Below, in pieces: positions 58,613 through 64,000 of a stretch of 64,000 bases of DNA. Origin of the DNA: an uncultured Desulfobacter sp. (GTDB lineage: Bacteria > Desulfobacterota > Desulfobacteria > Desulfobacterales > Desulfobacteraceae); the NCBI GenBank assembly GCA_963665095.1, contig OY762069.1, forward strand, positions 5,600,001 to 5,664,000, in the 5' to 3' direction. The notes below the pieces were generated by a model, which worked only from the letters and a program-made list of their open reading frames with translations, ran no database searches and was not told the origin of the DNA. How positions within the stretch are numbered: position 1 is the first letter of the stretch; each line of letters begins with the position of its first letter. A program made the position numbers and the translations under genes.

Positions 58613-61408
58613 ATGAGAACTGAACAACAGACAAGAGCACAGTTGATTGACAAGCAACTTGAAATGGCGGGATGGAATATTGATGACCCTGCCCAGGTTG
58701 TACAGGAATACGATATCCTTGTTGATCTTCCTGAAGGCGTTGCCGAGGCCCAAACACCATACCAGGGCCATCAGTTCAGCGACTATGTTCTTTTAGGGAA
58801 AAACGGCAAACCCCTGGCTGTTGTGGAAGCAAAAAAAACCAGTAAAGATGCGGGACTTGGCAGGGAACAGGCAAAACAGTACTGCTACAATATCCAGAAG
58901 CGAACCGGTGGATCTTTGCCTTTCTGTTTTTATACAAACGGATTGGAAATTTATTTCTGGGACCTTGAGAACTATCCCCCCCGGAAAGTGTTCGGCTACC
59001 CCACATTGGATGATCTGGAGCGGCTGAATTATATCCGGCAGAATCGTAAACCGCTGACCCGGGAATTGATCAACACGGATATTGCCGGCCGGGACTACCA
59101 GATCCGGGCCATCCGTTCCGTTCTTGAAGGGATGGAGAGAAAGAGACGATCGTTTCTGCTGGTCATGGCCACCGGAACCGGAAAAACCCGGACCAGCATC
59201 GCGTTGGTCGATGCCCTGATGCGTGCCGGGCATGCGGAAAGAATCCTGTTTCTCGTGGATCGTATCGCATTGCGGGAGCAGGCATTAAATGCCTTTAAAG
59301 AGCATCTGCCCAACGAACCCAGATGGCCCAATGTGGGTGAGAAGCTGATCCGTGTGGATCGCAGAATTTATGTCTCCACATATCCCGGCATGCTCAACAT
59401 CATCCGTAATGAGAGCCGGTATTTATCCCCATATTTTTTTGATTTTATTTTTATTGATGAAAGCCATCGCTCCATTTACAACACCTACGGCGAAATCCTG
59501 GACTATTTTAAGACCATTCACTTAGGGATGACAGCAACCCCCACAAGTCTCATTGATCACAATACCTTTTCCCTGTTTGACTGTGAGGATGGACTGCCGA
59601 CATTTGCCTATACCTTTGAAGAGGCTGTCAACAACACGCCCCCGTACCTGAGCAACTTCCAGGTGATGAAAATCCAGACCAGATTCCAGGCGGACGGTAT
59701 CAGTAAGCGAACCATTGCCCTGGAGGACCAGAAAAAACTGATGCTGGACGGGGTGGATATCGAAGAGATCAATTTTGAAGGCACCCAGCTTGAGAAAAAG
59801 GTGATCAACCGGGGAACCAACACCCTGATTGTGAAAGAATTCATGGAAGAATGCATCAAGGATCAAAACGGGGTGCTGCCGGGAAAAACCATCTTCTTTT
59901 GTTCTTCAAAAGCCCATGCCCGGCGCATGGAAGAGGTGTTTGATGCACTTTTCCCGCAATATAACGGGGAACTTGCCAAGGTCATGGTGTCTGATGACCC
60001 CAGGGTGTACGGCAAAGGAGGGCTGTTAGACCAGTTCACCAACCAGGATATGCCCCGGGTTGCCATCAGTGTGGATATGCTGGACACAGGCATTGATGTC
60101 CGGGAGATCGTCAATCTTTGTTTTTCCAAACCCGTCTATTCCTACACCAAATTCTGGCAGATGATCGGCCGGGGCACCCGTCTTCTGGAAACGGCCAAAG
60201 CCAAACCCTGGTGCATTGAAAAGCAGCTCTTTTTAATTATGGACTGCTGGGATAATTTTGAGTATTTCAAACTGACGCCGGAGGGCAAACAAATTGATCC
60301 GGGCCTGCCGCTGCCGGTCAGACTGTTCAGTATCAGGCTGGACAAAATTGAAACAGCCTTGCACCTTGGCGCAGAAGACATTGCCCAAAAAGAGATTAAG
60401 GCCCTTCGCGGGCAAGTCGATCAACTGCCGGCCTCCTCTGTGGTCATCAAAGAGGCGGCAGTGCCATTGGATCGCCTGGCAGAAGACAATTTCTGGATTC
60501 ATCTGGATCAGGAGAAATTTGAATTTCTGCGCACCCGGATCAAACCGCTGTTCAGAACCGTTTCCGATACGGACTTCAAGGCCATGCGGTTTGAAAAGGA
60601 TGTGCTTGAGGTATCCATTGCCCGGCTTTCAAACGACAAAAAACGGTTTAAGGCCTTAAGGTCCGGTGTCATCGCCCAGATCGGCGAGCTGCCTTTATCC
60701 GTAAATATTGTAAGAAGGCAACAGGCGTTGATTGAAAAATTCCAGAAAGAACGCTTCTGGGCCGATGTGTCTGACGGCGCACTGGATCTTCTTGTGGAAA
60801 AGCTTGGCCCCTTGATGAAGTTCAGGGAAAAGGACAACCCTTCTTCCCCCATTGAACTGGATCTCAAAGACAAGGTAAAGCAAAAAGAGTATGTTGAGTT
60901 TGGGCCCCAGCATGAAGCCGTCGGCATTACCCGGTATAAGGAGATGGTGGAAGCCGGAATCCTGGCTTTGATGGAAAACAACCCGGTGTTGTTGAAAATT
61001 AAGGAAAACAAGCCGGTTTCCCAAACCGATATCCAGGCCCTGGCCGAGGTTCTGACCAACACCCATCCCCACATTACAGAAACATTGTTGAAAAAAGTGT
61101 ATCAGCGTCCCAATGCCAGTTTTATCCAGTTCATCCGCCATATCTTGGGGGTGGAACACCTTGAATCCTTTTCCCACACCGTTACAAAAGCCTTTGATCA
61201 GTTCATTCATTCCCACTCGGATTTGAACTCCAGGCAACTGGAGTTTCTAAGGCTGCTCAAGGAATTCATCCTTGAAAGAGAAAAAGTAGAGAAAAAAGAT
61301 TTGATCCAGTCCCCCTTTACCGTGATTCATCCCCAGGGCATCCGGGGGGTATTCAGTCCGGCCGTTATCAATGAGATCCTGGCACTGACCCGGGAGCTGG
61401 CCGCATGA
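58613..61408 (+). CDS. hsdR: type I restriction endonuclease subunit R (EcoEI-like)
   Basis: SDYVL...VEAKK, ATGTGKT, DESHR, TATP, QMIGRGTR. Confidence 0.93.
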   Translation: MRTEQQTRAQLIDKQLEMAGWNIDDPAQVVQEYDILVDLPEGVAEAQTPYQGHQFSDYVLLGKNGKPLAVVEAKKTSKDAGLGREQAKQYCYNIQKRTGGSLPFCFYTNGLEIYFWDLENYPPRKVFGYPTLDDLERLNYIRQNRKPLTRELINTDIAGRDYQIRAIRSVLEGMERKRRSFLLVMATGTGKTRTSIALVDALMRAGHAERILFLVDRIALREQALNAFKEHLPNEPRWPNVGEKLIRVDRRIYVSTYPGMLNIIRNESRYLSPYFFDFIFIDESHRSIYNTYGEILDYFKTIHLGMTATPTSLIDHNTFSLFDCEDGLPTFAYTFEEAVNNTPPYLSNFQVMKIQTRFQADGISKRTIALEDQKKLMLDGVDIEEINFEGTQLEKKVINRGTNTLIVKEFMEECIKDQNGVLPGKTIFFCSSKAHARRMEEVFDALFPQYNGELAKVMVSDDPRVYGKGGLLDQFTNQDMPRVAISVDMLDTGIDVREIVNLCFSKPVYSYTKFWQMIGRGTRLLETAKAKPWCIEKQLFLIMDCWDNFEYFKLTPEGKQIDPGLPLPVRLFSIRLDKIETALHLGAEDIAQKEIKALRGQVDQLPASSVVIKEAAVPLDRLAEDNFWIHLDQEKFEFLRTRIKPLFRTVSDTDFKAMRFEKDVLEVSIARLSNDKKRFKALRSGVIAQIGELPLSVNIVRRQQALIEKFQKERFWADVSDGALDLLVEKLGPLMKFREKDNPSSPIELDLKDKVKQKEYVEFGPQHEAVGITRYKEMVEAGILALMENNPVLLKIKENKPVSQTDIQALAEVLTNTHPHITETLLKKVYQRPNASFIQFIRHILGVEHLESFSHTVTKAFDQFIHSHSDLNSRQLEFLRLLKEFILEREKVEKKDLIQSPFTVIHPQGIRGVFSPAVINEILALTRELAA

Positions 61409-62808
61409 TCCACAGGAAAACAACGCCTGAAGAACTGGCCCTGGTGCTTGAAGAAGGGGAAGGCTACACCCTGGAATTCAAACAGAATGTAAATGCTGAT
61501 CTGGCAAAGGAACTTGTGGCCTTTGCCAATGCCTCCGGCGGCCGGATTTTGATCGGTGTCAATGATGACAACCGGATTGTGGGCTGCAAATTCTCAAATG
61601 TCCTTTTTTCCAATATCGAAACCATGGCATCGGCCTGTGATCCGCCGGTGACCATCTTCATTGAGAAACTACCGGATCAAAAAATCATTGTCATCCATGT
61701 GCCTGAAGGGGCCAACCGCCCCCATCGATGCACCAAGGGGTTTTATTTAAGAAACGGTGCCAGCTCCCATAAGATGAGTACCGCCGACATCACCGCTTTT
61801 ATCCAGTCCGAAGGAAAGGTCCGGTTTGATCAGCAGCTCAGAATGGACCTGGATTGGAAAGAGGTGCTTGACCCATCCCGCCTGGAACACTTTTTGTCTC
61901 TCACCGGCATTACCCAGAGAACAGATGCTCAAAACCTGCTGTTCAATCTCGGGGCGGGTGATGAAAAAGAGGGCCGGTTCTACCTGAACCAGACCGGTAT
62001 CCTCTTTTTTGCCAAAGATCCGGCCGCAAGACAGCCCTTTGTCAATGTGGTCTGCGCCCTGTTTAAAGGCACCACCAAAGCCTATATCCTGGACCGCAAG
62101 GAACTTGCCGGCAATATTCTTGAAAATGTTGAAGATGCCCTGCTGTTTTTAAAAAAGCATCTCCAGCTTCGATGGGAGATCACCAGCGACAGCCCCCGCC
62201 GCCGGGAGATCCTGGAGCTGCCGGAAGTGGCCCTGCGTGAAGCCGTGGTCAATGCCGTCTGCCACCGGGATTATTTTGAGCAGGGCGCCCAGGTTATGGT
62301 GGAAATTTTTGATGACCGGGTGGAGATCCACAACCCCGGCGGTCTGCCAAGAGGGTTGCCGGAAAAGGATTTCGGCAAACGAAGTGTCTGCCGCAACCCC
62401 AATATCGCAGCCCTGCTGTTACGGTGCGACTATATTGAAAAGATGGGCACCGGCATTGAGCGCATCTATGACGCCCTTAAAAATGAAAACTGCCCCCCGG
62501 TAAAAATCGAATACGACAGGTTGTTTTCCCTTGTATTTTCAAGGCCAAGTTATATAACCCCACGGGATGCGGAAAAAACTAGGGACAAACCTGGGGAGAC
62601 CCCCCGGGAGAAAACTAGGAAGAAAACCCGGGAGCTCATCCTTGAGTTAATCCGTAAAACGCCGGATATCACCATGGCACGGCTGGCTGAACAGACCGGG
62701 CTGACACCCAAGGGCATCGAATGGCAGATTGCACAGCTCAAAAAAAACGGGCTTCTTGAGCGGGTGGGGCCGGATAAAGGCGGGTACTGGAAAATAAAAG
62801 AGAGCTAA
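61405..62808 (+). CDS. Schlafen/AlbA_2 + HATPase_c_4 + winged-HTH protein
   Basis: EGYTLEFK, AFANASGGRILIGV, REAVVNAVCHRDY, NPGGL, GTGI, C-terminal HTH. Confidence 0.88.
   Translation: MIHRKTTPEELALVLEEGEGYTLEFKQNVNADLAKELVAFANASGGRILIGVNDDNRIVGCKFSNVLFSNIETMASACDPPVTIFIEKLPDQKIIVIHVPEGANRPHRCTKGFYLRNGASSHKMSTADITAFIQSEGKVRFDQQLRMDLDWKEVLDPSRLEHFLSLTGITQRTDAQNLLFNLGAGDEKEGRFYLNQTGILFFAKDPAARQPFVNVVCALFKGTTKAYILDRKELAGNILENVEDALLFLKKHLQLRWEITSDSPRRREILELPEVALREAVVNAVCHRDYFEQGAQVMVEIFDDRVEIHNPGGLPRGLPEKDFGKRSVCRNPNIAALLLRCDYIEKMGTGIERIYDALKNENCPPVKIEYDRLFSLVFSRPSYITPRDAEKTRDKPGETPREKTRKKTRELILELIRKTPDITMARLAEQTGLTPKGIEWQIAQLKKNGLLERVGPDKGGYWKIKES
62575..62635 (+). repeat. degenerate 12-bp in-frame repeats (EKTR/DKPG/ETPR/EKTR/KKTR linker)
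   Basis: Direct reading; such linkers are common in this family. Confidence 0.55.
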
Positions 62809-62817
62809 GAAAACACC

Positions 62818-64000
62818 ATGCTTCAACATAATCCTGAATTAAAATCACAGATCGAACATCTCTGGAACAAGTTCTGGGCCGGCGGGATATCCAATCCCCT
62901 TACGGCCATCGAGCAGATCACCTATCTGCTGTTTATGAAACGGCTGGATCGAATTGAAGAGGATCAGGAACGCAACTATAATGATGGCTGGATCGAGGAC
63001 TTTAATCCCAGATTCCAGGGAACCTGGGTGCCGCCCGAGCACAGGGACAAGCCTGAAGAGGATCAGAGACCCCATAAGGTGGATCGCAGTACCCTGCGCT
63101 GGAGCCATTTTAAGCGGATGAAAGCCGAAGAGATGCTGGCCCATGTCCAGACAAAGGTGTTCCCGTTTTTAAAGGACATGAACGGGGCGGAATCCGGCTT
63201 TACCCATCACATGAAAAATGCCGTGTTCATCATCCCCAAACCCATGCTGCTGGTGGAAGCGGTCAAAACCATTGATGAAATTTTCCGGATCATGGAAAAG
63301 GATTCATCGGACAAAGGCCAGGCATTCCAGGATATCCAGGGGGATGTCTATGAGTACCTGCTCTCTGAAATCGCCTAGGCCGGGAAAAACGGGCAGTTTC
63401 GAACCCCCCGCCACATCATTAAATTGATCGCAGAACTGGTCCGGCCCCAACTTGGAAACCGGATCGGGGATCCGGCATGTGGCACGGCCGGCTTCCTTCT
63501 CGGCGCCTATCAATACATCGTGACAGACCTGGCAATGAAAAAGGGGCGACAGGGTCTAAAACCGGATGAGGACGGCTTTATCAGAACCTCAGTCAGTGCT
63601 GCCTATGACCAGGATTCAAAAAAGATCCTGGACCAAAGCCTTTACGGCTATGATATCGACAGCACCATGATCCGTCTGGGAATGATGAACCTGATGATGC
63701 ACGGCATTGACGAGCCGTTGCTGGATTACAAGGATACCCTGAGCAAAGGGTTTAACGAACCCAACCAGTACCAGGTCATCATGGCCAATCCGCCTTTTAC
63801 CGGCTCCATTGACAGGGGGGACATCAATGAGGAATTAACCCTGTCCACCACCAAAACCGAACTCCTGTTTGTGGAAACCATGGTGCGGATGCTCAGAAAA
63901 GGGGGCACGGCCGGTGTTATCGTACCCCAGGGGGTACTGTTCGGCTCGGGCAAAGCCTTTGTGGCGGCCAGGAAAATCTTAGTGGACCTCTGTGAACTCA
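62818..64000 (+). pseudogene. hsdM: type I R-M methyltransferase subunit M with in-frame TAG at 63376-63378; runs off the window
   Basis: AIEQITYLLF, GDVYEYLL, EIA*AGKNGQFRTPRHII, DPACGTAGFL, ANPPF; frame stays open after the TAG to the window end. Confidence 0.9.

Overview
Bacterial DNA, most likely from a sulfate-reducing Desulfobacteraceae member such as Desulfobacter (inferred from gene content only). All product calls come from recognised motifs or recalled homologues; no database search was run. The window has four parts. (1) 1-10.4 kb is housekeeping: the end of an aldehyde ferredoxin oxidoreductase, a ferredoxin, TetR, mltA, rmuC, moaC/moaE/mobA/moaB and pyrR. (2) 10.5-17.1 kb is a GntR-led operon closely resembling the uncharacterised E. 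coli ygcW-ygcU-ygcR-ygcQ genes. Its kinase partner (ygcE-like) lies about 40 kb away at 56.7-58.2 kb. (3) 17.1-56.4 kb is a mosaic accessory region. It holds vapBC, a heme-c hybrid histidine kinase, an IS3/IS4/RAYT chimera, LuxR plus surface proteins, a Hanks-type kinase and a RIT remnant. It also holds a ~23 kb block bounded by a 17-bp near-perfect direct repeat with a decayed integrase at one end. That block encodes a PAS-sigma54 activator and two gene runs whose promoters share a tandem upstream motif. The runs carry a radical SAM enzyme, an SPFH pair, a ferritin-like GGDEF protein and FtsH, then a solo GroEL, two GT4 glycosyltransferases, two GH130 proteins and a RelA/SpoT-domain protein. 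This block is the best candidate for an undescribed system. (4) 58.6-64 kb is a type I R-M locus (hsdR, Schlafen/AlbA_2 protein, hsdM). Two otherwise open genes carry a single in-frame TAG (25636 and 63376). No rRNA, tRNA or CRISPR array was recognised.
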